Assembly (NCBI GenBank): GCA_002269645.1
Contig: NIVC01003128.1
Location: 1 to 48,950, forward strand
DNA from: Macrostomum lignano
Lineage: Eukaryota
Reading direction: 5' to 3'
Length of the DNA stretch: 48,950 nt
Each line of letters starts with the position of its first letter. Positions within the stretch are counted from its first letter, which is position 1. Below the pieces are notes generated by a model. That model did no database searches, had not been told where the DNA came from, and saw only the letters and a list, made by a program, of their open reading frames with translations. A program made the position numbers and the translations under genes. Shown here piece by piece: positions 25,701 to 39,300 of this stretch.

Positions 25701-28700
25701 AAGTCTTCAGAACACGCTTCTTTTCACTTCAATTTTACTTGTAAATGCCCAGTTATACCCTAGAGACTATTGGTTATTTCGTATTTTCATATTTCAGGGC
25801 AGGGAGTTGGCATAAGAATCAGTTCATGTAATTGTAGACTTAGCACATTTTATAAAGCTCAGTACAAATGAGCAAATATCCCTGCAAATCATCGAGGCGA
25901 ATTTCACAATGCAATCTTGCCATACGTAATGCTGTAGTCGTACTGTAAGTGATCGATATTTATCAGAAAATTATGACACGCATGCAAAGGAAGTCTAACA
26001 AAATGAGGAATAGAAATCGAAATTTACCTACCTGAAAAAAGACTGCAGAATGCAAGATTTTCTATTCTTGAACATGAACGCCTTGTTTGACATAACCAAA
26101 ATTTCGAAATGATTTTCGATGATGAATAGTGTCGAAATTTAAAATCGAAATTGAAATTATTTCGATGCAAAATTAGGTTTGAAATTCGGAATATCGAAAT
26201 CGAAATCGAATTTCGATCCATCACTAGATGAGATGTATGGAGATGAAATGTAGGGGGATAAGATGTAGGGAGATAGACATGAAGGGAAGTAAGATGTAGG
26301 GAAATATGGATGTAGGGAGATAAGATGTAGGGAGATGACATGTAGGGAAATAGAGATGTAGGGAGATGAAATGTAGGGGGATAAGATGTAGGGAGAATAA
26401 ATGTACGGAGATAAAGATGTAGGGAGATAAGATGTAGGGAGATGAGATGGAGGAAGGTAAGATGTAGGGAGATGCGATGTAGGGAGATGAGATGAAGGGG
26501 GGTAAGATTTAGGGAGATAAGATGTAGAGAGATAGACATGAAGGGAAGTAAGATGTAGGGAAATATGGATGTAGGGAGATAAGATGTAGGGAGATGACAT
26601 GTAGGGAAATAGAGATGTAGGGAAATAAGATGTAGGGAGATGAGATGAAGGGGGGTAAGATTTAGGGAGATAAGATGTAGAGAGATAGACAAGAAGGGAA
26701 GTAAGATGTAGGGAAAATGGATGTAGGGAGATGACATGTAGGGAAATAGACATGTAGGGAGATAGGGATGTAGGGAGATAGGGATGTAGGGAGATAGAGA
26801 TGCACTGACATGGGATGTAGTTATTTTCATATTTTCTATATTTTATAGAAATATTTAACTATATTTCCATTTCTTTGCAAATCCAGATTCCAGCCTCATC
26901 AGAATCAGCAGCAGCATCCCCTCGGCCCCCTGCGCGCTCTGTTGGCCTGCCTGGAGTGCCACCTGTGGTCTGTGGGCCGGGGATTGCTAGACCCGCAGCA
27001 GTTGCTAGGCTGTGGCAGCGGCAGCCGGCTCTGCCAAAAGCTGTCGGATTTTTTCAACGAAACAGACCCGAGCCTGGATCCGGGGCGGCTGGCTCTGTCT
27101 GCCAGCGTCTCCGCTTCATCGGCTTACTCAAATTCGATTAGCGAAATTCGAGCCTCGGCAGTTACTATCCGATGCCAGCTGATTGTTCGAACTGCGGCCC
27201 TGCTGCAGCTGTTGGCTGGCAAGCAGCGGGATTGTTTGAAAGAGCTGCTTCAAGGCAAAGAGTGTTCTAATGGACTCTGGACTACTTTGGCTCGGGCCAC
27301 TCTGAGGCCTCAGCTGCTCGGGTTCGATGCTCAGGATCCCAGTCTGATGGCCAAGCTGCTCGACTGCCTGAGCACCGCGTGGCATGCGGTTGCTAGGTGG
27401 GTTGCTAGGGTGGTTGCTTAGAGGTTGCTAGGGTGGTTACTAGAGGGTTGCTAGGGTGGTTACTTAGAGGTTGCTAGGGTGGTTTCTAAAGTGGTTGCTA
27501 GGTGGTTTGATTAGAGGGTTGCTAGGGTGGTTTCTAAAGTGGTTGCTAGGTGGTTTGCTAAGATGGTTGATATGGTGGTTACTAAGATGGTTGCTAGAGT
27601 GGTTGCTAAGAGGGTTACTAGGGTGGTTACTAAGAGGGTTGCTAGAGTGGTTGCTAAGAGTGTTGCTAAAGTGGTTGCTAAGAGGGTTGCTAGGGTGGTT
27701 GCTAAGAGGGTTGCTATGTGAGTTTCTAAGGGGATTGATAAGTGCGTTGCTAGGGCCTGAGTTTTAGTTGTTCTGCTAATATGGTTGAAATGGGTTTGCA
27801 AAGATGGGCTATTAAACGGCTTGCTAAGGCGTTGCTAGGTGGGTTTTAACGGGAGATTCTGTTTGTTGACTTGAAACATCAGGATCATCTAGCAACATCA
27901 GGAAACATCTCAAAGTTGTGAAACCCGACTCATTTTGCTAAACCCAGAAATCTCGCCCCAGTCGGTTCGTCTTATCGATCCTCGATTGTCTCAGCAATTG
28001 CTGCCGAACTCGAACCGGCCGGTCAGTCCGTGACAGTCCAGCGCCTGCTGCCCCAGAGCGGCCTGGCCAGCGACCCGCCGTCCGTGGCCGGCGCCGTTCG
28101 TCTCGCTCGAGGAATTCGAGCTCTGCGCGACTGCGGACTCCTGGCCGACTCGACAGCGGATGAAAAACGGCAAATTTTGGACCGCTGCTGTCAGGTGTGC
28201 CGATTGGGTTCTGTATTGTTCTTTTCGATACATATCGGCGCTTGGGCAGCGCTCTGCAATCTATCCTTTGTTTTTGGTGTCTCTTTCAGGGTCTCAATGG
28301 CGCCCCCTGCCACACCTAATGACCCCTGCAACATCTAATGCCCTCTGCCTGCCGTACTTAATGACCTCTGCCACACCTAATGACCCCTGCTGCACCTAAT
28401 GACCCCTGCCACACCTAATGACCCTTTCCATACCTAATGGCCCCTGCCACATCTAATGACCCTTTCCATACCTAATGACTCCCGTCCCTTACTACACGTA
28501 TTACTTACCACTTCTTGTTTTTTAATTCTTATATGTATATCCTAGCAGAATCTAAGCAGAAATTGACTAAGAAAATCTGCTTTGCTTGCCTCAATCTTCA
28601 GCTGGCTGAGTCAGCTCAGACCACTCAGCAACACCCGGTGCTGCCTCAGCTAATTGATGCGGCTCTTACCTACGCTTTGAACGATTCTGCTTTGGTGAGT

Positions 28701-30213
28701 TTGACAGTGGTTTCCGCCATTTTGGCGGAGTATTGTATTCTAGCAGATTAGTGTAGCGCTTTTAATTAGCGTGTGGTAGTGGATTATCGTAGGGAAGGGG
28801 ATTATCGTAGGGTAGTGGATTATCGTAGGGTTATCGTAGGGTAGTGGATTATCGTAGGGTAGTGGATTATCGTAGGGTAGTGGATTATCGTAGGGAAGGG
28901 GATTATCGTAGGGTAGTGGATTATCGTAGGGTTATCGTAGGGTAGTGGATTATCGTAGGGTAGTGGATTATCGTAGGGTAGTCGATTATCGTAGGGTAGT
29001 GGATTATCATAGGGTAGTGGATTATCGTAGGGTTATCGTAGGGTAGTGGATTATCGTAGGGTAGTGGATTATCGTAGGGTAGTCGATTATCGTAGGGTAG
29101 TGGATTATCATAGGGTAGTGGATTATCGTAGGGTTGTGGATTATCATAGTGAAGAGGATTATCGTAGGGTAGTGGATTATCATAGGGTAGTGGATTATCG
29201 TAGGGTTGTGGATTATCATAGTGAAGAGGATTATCGTAGGGTAGTGGATTTTCATAGGGTAGTGGATTATCGTAGGGTTGTGGATTATCATAGTGAAGAG
29301 GATTATCGTAGGGTAGAGGATTTTCATAGGGTAGTGGATTATCGTAGGGTTGTGGATTATCATAGTGAAGAGGATTATCGTAGGGTTTGTGGATTATCGT
29401 AGGGAAGAGGATTATCGTAGGGTTGTGGATTATCGTAGGGAAGATGATTATTCTAGGGTAGTGGATTATCATAGGGAAGAGGATTATCGTAGGGTTGTGG
29501 ATTATCGTAGGGAAGAGGATTATCGTAGGGTAGTGGATTATCGTAGGGTAGTGGACTCTCATAGGGTAGTAGATTATCGTTGTTAACATGATTAGGATTA
29601 TCTACCGTATGAACGGAGTATTTACCGTATACTTGTCTCGGTGATTTTAGTTTACAGGATTCTTGTAACACCAAAGAAAGTTCAACATTAGTTATATCTC
29701 TGTATGATAATTCTTTCACAGCTGCAGCCTCTCGTCACTCTTCTCACCGAGCACTCAGCCGGACTCGACCTACTAAACAGCTACAAGTCCTGTCTCACAG
29801 CTTATTTCTCAGCCAATTGCCAGTCGCTACTGACTATTCTGGCCGCTTCCCCTCTGCTGAAAGCTGCCACAGCACCCGCTACAGCTGCGGCCACCATTGC
29901 CAGGCTGCCCGCTCTGGCCGCCATTCTGGAGAGCCTCGCTGCCTCCGTTAAGAGGACCGCTTTGAGCAAGCAGGGCTGCGCTGATGGGTTAGCTGTCTGT
30001 CTGTCTGTCTGTCTGTCTGTCTTAGTGTCTGTCTGTCTTAATGTCTGTCTATCTTAGTGTCTGTCTGTCTTAGTGTCTGTCTGTCTTAGTGTCTGTCTGT
30101 CTTAGTGTCTGTCTGTCTGTCTGTATTAGTGTCTGTCTGTCTGTCTGTCTGTCTTAGTGTCTGTCTGTCTTAGTGTCTGTCTGTATTAGTGTCTGTCTGT
30201 CTGTCTGTATTAG

Positions 30214-30248
<35 letters not shown>

Positions 30249-30293
30249 ATTAGTGTCTTAGTGTCTGTATGTCTTAGTGTCTGTCTGTATTAG

Positions 30294-30390
<97 letters not shown>

Positions 30391-33300
30391 TTCTGTCTTT
30401 CTGTGTGTGTGTCTGTCTGTCTGTGTCACATAAGTTACTTAAAAGTTGCTTAAAAATTTGACAGCGCTCCCAAGCAACTGGCCAGCCAGATCCTGGCCCA
30501 GTGGACCCTGGTCCAGCAGCTGTGGGACTACGGTAACGACGATTGCCGGTTCAGCGTGCTGGGAATTCTCACCAACCTGCTGGCTGTGGACGCTGAGGTA
30601 GGCTGAAAAAACTTGTGTTAAGTTCCTGCTAGGAAAATTGTTGCTAACCATTGTTTTTTTTATTTTTTAGCTCGTTAAATCAAACGATCAAGTCTTCGTC
30701 CTGTTTGTTGGCGTCTTGAATTCCCGGGTGAATTTCGATTTGATTGTAAGTATAGAGATTTATTTGGACTGTGACCAATTTGTTTTGATTGAACTGATGG
30801 CTCACTCACTCATTTACGCACTTGCTCATTCGCTCAAACACATTCATTCACTCACTCACTCACTCACTCACTCACTCACTCACTCACTCACTCACTCACT
30901 CACTCACTTACTCACTCACTCACTAACTTCCTCACCCACTCAATCACTTATTCTTCACAAGACAAGGGGAATGTTTGCACACTCAATCACGCATTCACAT
31001 ACTCACTCACTCACTCACTCGCTCACACTCACACTCACACTCACTCACTCACTCACTCACTCACTCACTCACTCAATAAATCATTCACAACTCACAAAAA
31101 TACCCAATAACGTGTTTACTCGACATCACTTATTTAGTCACTCACTCACTCACTCGCTCACTGACTCACTTATTCACTCATTCACTAATTAATTTATTCA
31201 TTCAGTCACTCATTCAGTCACTCACTCACTCCCTCAGTCACTCATTCACTCACTCTTACACCCCCACCCACTCACTCACTCACTCACTCACTCACTCACT
31301 CACTCACTCACTCACTCACTTACTCACTCACTCCCTCACTCACTCACTCACTCACTCACTCACTCACTCACTCACTCACTCTCACTCACCCGCAGGTAAA
31401 CGGCCTGGCTCTCCTCGGCTACATGTGCCGAAATCCGTCTACGGAACGAGCCGAACGTTTGAGCAGCCAATTAAAGCTGCTTTGCTCCGAGACTGTGCTC
31501 ATGCGCTGCTCAAACCAGCTGGGCATCAATTCGCATGCCTACTGCCAGTACGTTAGAGCGTTTCGAGCAGTAAGCAGCTTTGTTGTTTATAACAAAATAT
31601 TTTGCAACTGGCTTTTTAAGTTATTAGTTAAAGAGCGACCTACAGAAACAATTATTAACCTAAAAATCTATTATAGTTAAATTATCCATCACAGAATTAA
31701 GTGCGTAGTTGATTCAGCGAAAGAGCAGGAAAATAAATGAGTGAGTGAGTGAGTGAGTGAGTGAGTGAGTGAGTGAGTGACGGAGTGAGTGAGTGAGTGA
31801 CGGAGTGAGTGAGTGAGTGACGGAGTGAGTGAGTGAGTGACGGAGTGAGTGAGTGAGTGAGTGACGGAGTGAGTAAGTAAGTGAGTGAGTGAGTGAGTGA
31901 GTGAGTGAGTGAGTGAGTGGGTGGGGGTGTAAGAGTGAGTGAATGAGTGAGTGAGGGAGTGAGTGAGTGAGTGGGTGGGTGGGGGAGTAAGAGTGAGTGA
32001 ATGAGTGAGTGAGTGAGTGAGTGAGTGAGTGAGTGAGTGAGTAAGTGAGTGAGTGAGTGAGTATGTGAGTGAGTGAGTGAGTGAGTGAGTGAGTGGGTGG
32101 GGGAGTAAGAGTGAGTGAATGAGTGAGTGAATAAGCGAGTGAGTGACTGAACGAGTGAGTGACTGAATGAATAAATTAATTAGTGAATGAGTGAATAATT
32201 AAGTCAGGTAAATGACTAAACAGACAAATAATTGAGAGAGTGAATACTCGTAACTGGAGTAACTAAGTGAGTGCGTGATCCAAGCACTCATTTCAGTTTC
32301 TCCCTCCTTTACCCCCGCCTGCAGCTGCTCCTCGCCCAGGAGACCAGCGAGCACCCGCTCCTATTGGACATTCTGTCAATCCTGGTGTGCAAAGAGCGGC
32401 AGCACGCGCTCGAAGCCGAGTTTCAGCAGTGCTTGAACCGGCTGCTGCTGCGCATCCCCGTCCAGCGCTGCCGAGAGTTCGTCACCTGGCCTTGGCGACT
32501 TTTTCGCGGTGACGCTGGCGGCGGTGGCTTCACTGGTGAGCTGCTGGTGCTGTACTGTATCTGTCTGTATTGCTGTACTGTATCTGTCTGTATTGCTGTA
32601 CTGTCTCAGTCTGTATTGCTGTACTGTCACTGTCTGTATTGCTGTACTGTCTCAGTCTGTATTGCTGTACTGTCTCAGTCTGTATTGCTGTACTGTCACT
32701 GTCTGTATTTCTGTATTGTCTCAGTCTGTATTGCTGTACTGTCACTGTCTGTATTGCTGTACTGTCTCAGTCTGTATTGCTGTACTGTCTCAGTCTGTAT
32801 TGCTGTACTGTCACTGTCTGTATTGCTGTACTGTCTCAGTCTGTATTGCTGTACTGTCACTGTCTGTATTGCTGTACTGTCACTGTCTGTATTGCTGTAC
32901 TGTCACTGTCTGTATTGCTGTACTGTCTGAGTCTGTATTGCTGTACTGTCACTGTCTGTATTGCTGTACTGTCTCAGTCTGTATTGCTGTACTGTCTCAG
33001 TCTGTATTGCTGTACTGTCACTGTCTGTATTGCCGTACTGTCACTGTCTGTATTGCCGTACTGTCACTGTCTGTATTGCGTATGATGCAGATATGATATA
33101 TATACCCTGTGTGAGCGTGTGAATAAGTGCGTGCCTGCGGACAGTGTTGGCGCGCTTGTAAGCGTTCAGGGAGACAGCAAATGAGCAAAATTGATATCCG
33201 TCACTTGTCAGGCTTCCACCGGGAGCAACTGGTGAGCCGAGTGCTCGCTCCGCTGCTCACCCAGTGTCACAGCTCCGTTTTGCTGGACTTCGTTGCCACA

Positions 33301-36300
33301 GACGACTGTTTGGAGTTCTGCCTGACCTGCCTGCTCAATGCCCAGCAATCGCTGGCTGGTTTCAACGAGTCGGAGACTGAGGAAATTTTCCTACTGGCTC
33401 GGGGCTGCTGTCGAGTCCTGTCATGTTTCTACATGGCCTGCGGCCTCACGGAGCTGGCGTTGCCCAGGCTCTGCGACGCTTTTAAACGATTTTATTCTAG
33501 GCAACCAGCTGCTCAGAAGGATCCAGAGAGGAGTTTGAGCAACTGGGTCTCCGTGTGAGTAATTGGATCTGATCCCAATTTACCTGTCTGGATCTAATCT
33601 GATCCCCATTTACCTGTCCGTATCTAATTTGATCCCCATTTACCTGTCCGTATCTAATCTGATCCCAATTTACCTGTCCGTATCTAATCTGATCCCCATT
33701 TACCTGTCCGCATCTAATCTGATCCCCATTTACCTGTCCGTATCCAACCTGATCCCCATTTACCTGTCCGTATCTAATTTGATCCCCATTCATCTGTCCA
33801 TATCTAATCTGATCCCCATTTACCTGTCCGTATCTAATCTGATCCCTATTTACCTGCTTGTATCTAATCTGATCCCCATTTACCTGCTTGTATCTAATCT
33901 GATCCCCATTTACCTGCTTGTATCTAATCTGATCCCCATTTACCTGCTTGTATCTAATCTGATCCCCATTTACCTGTTGCAATCTATTCTGATCCTTATT
34001 TACCTGTTCCAAATTCATACTGATCACCATTTACCTGTTCCAAATTCAAACTGATCACCATTTACCTGGTCAATTCCATACTGATCCCCATTTACCTGTT
34101 TAAATCCATACTGATCCCAAAATTCACAATCCGCTCAATTCTTAAACCCCCCAGCCAATGCTACGACCTGGTCACTCAGAGTTTTCCCCGCTGCCGTGAG
34201 TCGGTCCGTCAGATGCAGTGTGAAGCGTACAACCTGTTGGTGCACTGCATCAAGGCCGCTTCGGACAAGGAGCGGAGCTACCTGCCGCCTTTCACAGAGA
34301 ATGCCGCCAAACGAAAGTTTATCTTTGATAACATTGTGCCTACTGATGTGGACTATCAGCTGCCACTGCAGGTTGAGGTTGGTTAATGCTATTATTTTAC
34401 ATGGTTTCTAAGGCTAAGGATTAGTCCTGTTGCTAAGGAGATTAGTACTGTTGCTGGGGCTTGGCACTGTTTCTAAGGGGATTAGCACTGTTGCTAAGGG
34501 GATTGGTACTGTTGCTAAGGCGATTGGTGCTGTTGCTATGGCTATTGGTACTGTTGCTGTGGATATTGGTACTGTTGCTGTGGCTATTGGTACTGTTGCT
34601 GTGGCTATTGGTACTGTTGCTAAGGGGATTGGTACTGTTGCTAGGGGGATTGGTACTGTTGCTATGGCTATTGGTACTGTTGCTATGGCTATTGGTACTG
34701 TTGCTGTGGCTATTGGTACTGTTGCTGTGGCTATTGGTACTGTTGCTAAGGGGATTGGTACTGTTGCTAAGGGGATTGGTACTGTTGCTAAGGGGATTGG
34801 TACTGTTGCTATGGCTATTGGTACTGTTGCTAAGGGGATTGGTACTGTTGCTAGGGGGATTGGTACTGTTGCTATGGCTATTGGTACTGTTGCTAGGGGG
34901 ATTGGTACTGTTGCTGTGGCTATTGGTACTGTTGCTGTGGCTATTGGTACTGTTGCTAAGGGGATTGGTACTGTTGCTAAGGGGATTGGTACTGTTGCTA
35001 TGGCTATTGGTACTGTTGCTGTGGATATTGGTACTGTTGCTGTGGCTATTGGTACTGTTGCTTTGGCTATTGGTACTGTTGCTAAGGGGATTGGTACTGT
35101 TGCTAGGGGGATTGGTACTGTTGCTATGGCTATTGGTCCTGTTGCTATGGCTATTGGTACTGTTGCTGTGGCTATTGGTACTGTTGCTGTGGCTATTGGT
35201 ACTGTTGCTAAGGGGATTGGTACTGTTGCTAAGGGGATTGGTACTGTTGCTAAGGGGATTGGTACTGTTGCTATGGCTATTGGTACTGTTGCTAAGGGGA
35301 TTGGTACTGTTGCTATAGCTATTGGTACTGTTGCTATGGCTATTGGTACTGTTGCTGTGGCTATTGGTACTGTTGCTGTGGCTATTGGTACTGTTGCTAA
35401 GGGGATTGGTACTGTTGCTAAGGGGATTGGTACTGTTGCTAAGGGGATTGGTACTGTTGCTATGGCTTTTGGTACTGTTGCTAAGGGGATTGGTACTGTT
35501 GCCAAGGTGATTTATAAAATTTCAGATGCAGATTGGCACAGGTGCTAACGGGTTCGGCGTAGTTGTTTAGAGTAAATTACAGTTGCTAGGGTAAATAACA
35601 ATTGTTGCTAAGCAAAATTATACAATGCCTACAACCCTGATATTGATTCTAAAAGCAATTGAAGCAATATTCAAATTGCACTCAATCTTGCAGCAAAGCG
35701 CCAGCCGCAAGCAGTACCTGGTATCCGTGCGCCCAGCTGCTTCATCAGCGTCAGATTCCTCAGCCTCCGAGGCAGGACCCACAGACGACCTGTCCTGGTT
35801 GAATCCGTCCTCATCTTCAACCTCAGCCCTTCAATTTGCTGCTTCCCAATTTCTAGCAGACAGCAGCCTGTCCTCTGATGTTAGCCAGTTCGATCGGTTA
35901 GTAACCGCCGATCTGTCGAATACGAGCGATTCGGCGTCCCTAGCAACCGCTGGTTTGTCCTTATCAACTTCGAGCTCATTCGCTATTAATCAGCGTCGTA
36001 GTAGAAAAAACCGATTTCATAATCAAACTCTGACAGCTACCCGCCGGAACCTGATCGTGCTCGAGTCGGACTGCGTTAACGACCATCCCTGCATGGCAAC
36101 TATGGTTGCTCTGTTGCGGCATATGAAAGCCATCAAATTGATTCCCGAACTGCCGGAGGGTGTCAAGCCAACTCAGATGCCCAAATGGATGCAGAACATG
36201 CTGCAGAAGGTGTCGAATAGTTCGACAGATAGTCATCCGAATGTTCGAATATTTCTAATGAAGCTGCTGATCAATTGTCAGGAGATTTTTCAACCGTATG

Positions 36301-39300
36301 CGCATTTTTGGCTGAGGCCAATGTGCCAGTTCGCGTTGTCAGATCGCAATGGCGGTCAAGGATTTCACACCCTGCTAGTAGACATCGTGTACTTTTTTGT
36401 GGCCTGGTCCGGCACTGCGATTCCAGAGGTGAGTGAGCTGGGAAGAGGAGTCAGGATTCCGGCACTTCTCTGCTGCATGAGATTTGTTCCTGTGGGAATC
36501 TGGGAATTACTTTAGGCATTGCTTATTGTACTTTAAGAATCGCCCTTCGTGTCTTTATGAATCTACCATTGTACTGTAAGAATCACTCATTGTACTTTAA
36601 GAATTGCCCATTGTACTTTAAGATTCGCCCATTGTACTTTAAGAATCACCCATTGTACTTTAAAAATTGCCCATTGTACTTTAAGAATCGTCTATTGTAC
36701 TTTAAGAATCGCCCATTGTACTTTAAGAATCGTCTATTGTACTTTAAGAATCGCCCATTGTACTTTAAGAATCGTCTATTGTACTTTAAGAATCGCCCAT
36801 TGTATTTAAGAATCGTCTATTGTACTATTCGCCGATTGTACTTTAAGAATTGGCGATTGTACTTTAAGAATCGCCCATTGTACTTTAAGAATCGTCTATT
36901 GTACTTTAAGAATAGCCCATTGCACTTTAAGAATCTACTATTGCACTTTAAGAATCGCCCATTGTACTTTAAGAATCGGCCGTCGTATCTTTAAGAATCG
37001 TTCAAATTATTCTTCCTAAATCGAGCAAGACGACCTCGGTGATCGGGACTTGGTCGAGCGCCTACTCGACAAGCTGACTGGCCTCTGTTACGACAAGGAG
37101 AGGCGAATATTTAAAAACAACTGGCGTCTGCTGGACGCTTTGATACGCAGTTGGAGAAGTCGAGTTCACTGCGTGCCTTACAAGTGAGTGCAGGAGAGTA
37201 GGGAGAGGGTGAAACAGACAGTTTGGAGAGGGTGAAACAGACAGTAGGGAGAGGGTGAAACAGACTGTGGGGAGAGGGTGATACAGACTGTGGAGAGAGG
37301 GTGAAACAGACTGTGGAGAGAGGGTGAAACAGACAGTTGGGAGAGGGTAAAACAGACAGTGGGGAGAGGGTGAAACAGACAGTTGGGAGAGGGTAAAACA
37401 GACAGTGGGGAGAGGGTGAAACAGACAGTTGGGAGAGGGTAAAACAGACAGTGGGGAGAGGGTGAAACAGACAGTTGGGAGAGGGTAAAACAGACAGTGG
37501 GGAGAGGGTGAAACAGACTGTGGAGAGAGGGTGAAACAGACTGTGGGAAGAGGGTGAAACAGACTGTGGGGAGAGGGTGAAACAGACTGTGGGGAGAGGG
37601 TGAAACAGACTGTGGGGAGAGGGTGAAACAGACTGTGGGGAGAGGGTGAAACAGACTGTGGGGAGAGGGTGAAACAGACTGTGGGGAGAGGGTGAAACAG
37701 ACTGTGGGGAGAGGGTGAAACAGACTGTGGGGAGAGGGTGAAACAGACTGTGGGGAGAGGGTGAAACAGACAGTGGGGAGAGGGTGAACTGTGTAAAGCA
37801 ATGTTATGGGAAGCTCGTGAATAGAAACCAGTCACCCTGTCTGTAACCGATCACCCGCAGGCGGATATTCGACCTGCTCCAGCAGACCGAGGAGTACTCA
37901 GCGGCCGCGGCAGGCCTTCAGCTGTACAACGCCTACTTGTCGAACGCGCTGCCTTATTTCAATGATCAGCAGGGCGTCAACGTTGGCGGAGTCGATAGTC
38001 GGCAGATGCTGGCCGCCCTGGTTCGCCTGTTGAATCATTCGCGCAAGGAGGTGTACTCTCCATGCGCCGGCGTGACCGGCCTGTGTCTCAGGCAGATGGT
38101 CACGGCTCAGAGTGTTGTGTGAGTTTGTGCGTGGATATGGTGAATATAGAATTTTGGGGCGGGAATAGGGGTGTCTGGGTGGGTTTTTAGGTTGTCTGGG
38201 TAGATACTGGGGTATCTGGGTAGATACTGGGGTGTCTGGGTGGGTTTTTAGGGTGTCTGGGTAGATACTGGGGTATCTGGGTAGATACTGGGGTGTCTGG
38301 GTAGATGCCAGGTGTCTGGGTAGATGCCAGGTCTGGGTAGATGCCAGGTGTCTGGGTAGATGCCAGGTGTCTGGGTAGATGCCAGGTCAGGGTAGATGCC
38401 AGGTGTCTGGGTAGATGCCAGGTGTCTGGGTAGATGCCAGGTCTGGGTAGATGCCAGGTGTCTGGGTAGATGCCAGGTGTCTGGGTAGATGCCAGGTGTC
38501 TGGGTAGATGCCAGGTGTCTGGGTAGATGCCAGGTGTCTGGGTAGATGCCAGGTGTCTGGGTAGATGCCAGGTGTCTGGGTAGATGCCAGGTGTCTGGGT
38601 AGATGCCAGGTGTCTGGGTAGATGCCAGGTGTCTGGGTAGATGCCAGGTGTCTGGGTAGATGCCAGGTGTCTGGGTAGATGCCAGGTGTCTGGGTAGATG
38701 CCAGGTGTCTGGGTAGATGCCAGGTGTCTGGGTAGATGCCAGGTGTCTGGGTAGATGCCAGGTGTCTGGGTAGATGCCAGGTGTCTGGGTAGATGCCAGG
38801 TGTCTGGGTAGATGCCAGGTGTCTTGGTAGATGCCAGGTCTGGGTAGATGCCAGGTGTCTGGGTAGATGCCAGGTGTCTGGGTAGATGCCAGGTGTCTGG
38901 GTAGATGCCAGGTGTCTGGGTAGATGCCAGGTGTCTGGGTAGATGCCAGGTGTCTGGGTAGATGCCAGGTGTCTGGGTAGATGCCAGGTGTCTGGGTAGA
39001 TGCCAGGTGTCTGGGTAGATGCCAGGTGTCTGGGTAGATGCCAGGTGTCTGGGTAGATGCCAGGTGTCTGGGTAGTAGCCAGGTGTCTAGCATATGAAAT
39101 CACGGATTATCCTCGCCACCATCGCAGGCCGGCCTTCTACAAGCAGGTCGCCGAGCAGCTCGGCAAGATGCTCACCGCTCGCCTCGACGCCGGCTTGCAC
39201 GCGCTCGCCCAGGTCAGCCGCTGCTGTCCCCGACTGGCCTGCATTGAATTCCGTCAGCGCCTGCTGTTCCAGCTGCCCCACCTGACTGGCGACTCCCTTG

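Noticed and set aside
29022-29589. DYRRVV / YDNPLP repeat ORFs
   Set aside because: Translation of the 18-bp intron 20 array
34414-35548. 360-370-aa ORFs on both strands (GIGTVAK / ATVPIPL) resembling antifreeze or structural proteins
   Set aside because: 21-bp intronic array; intron 27 has an in-frame TAA right after the donor, so retention would not add it to DNA-PKcs
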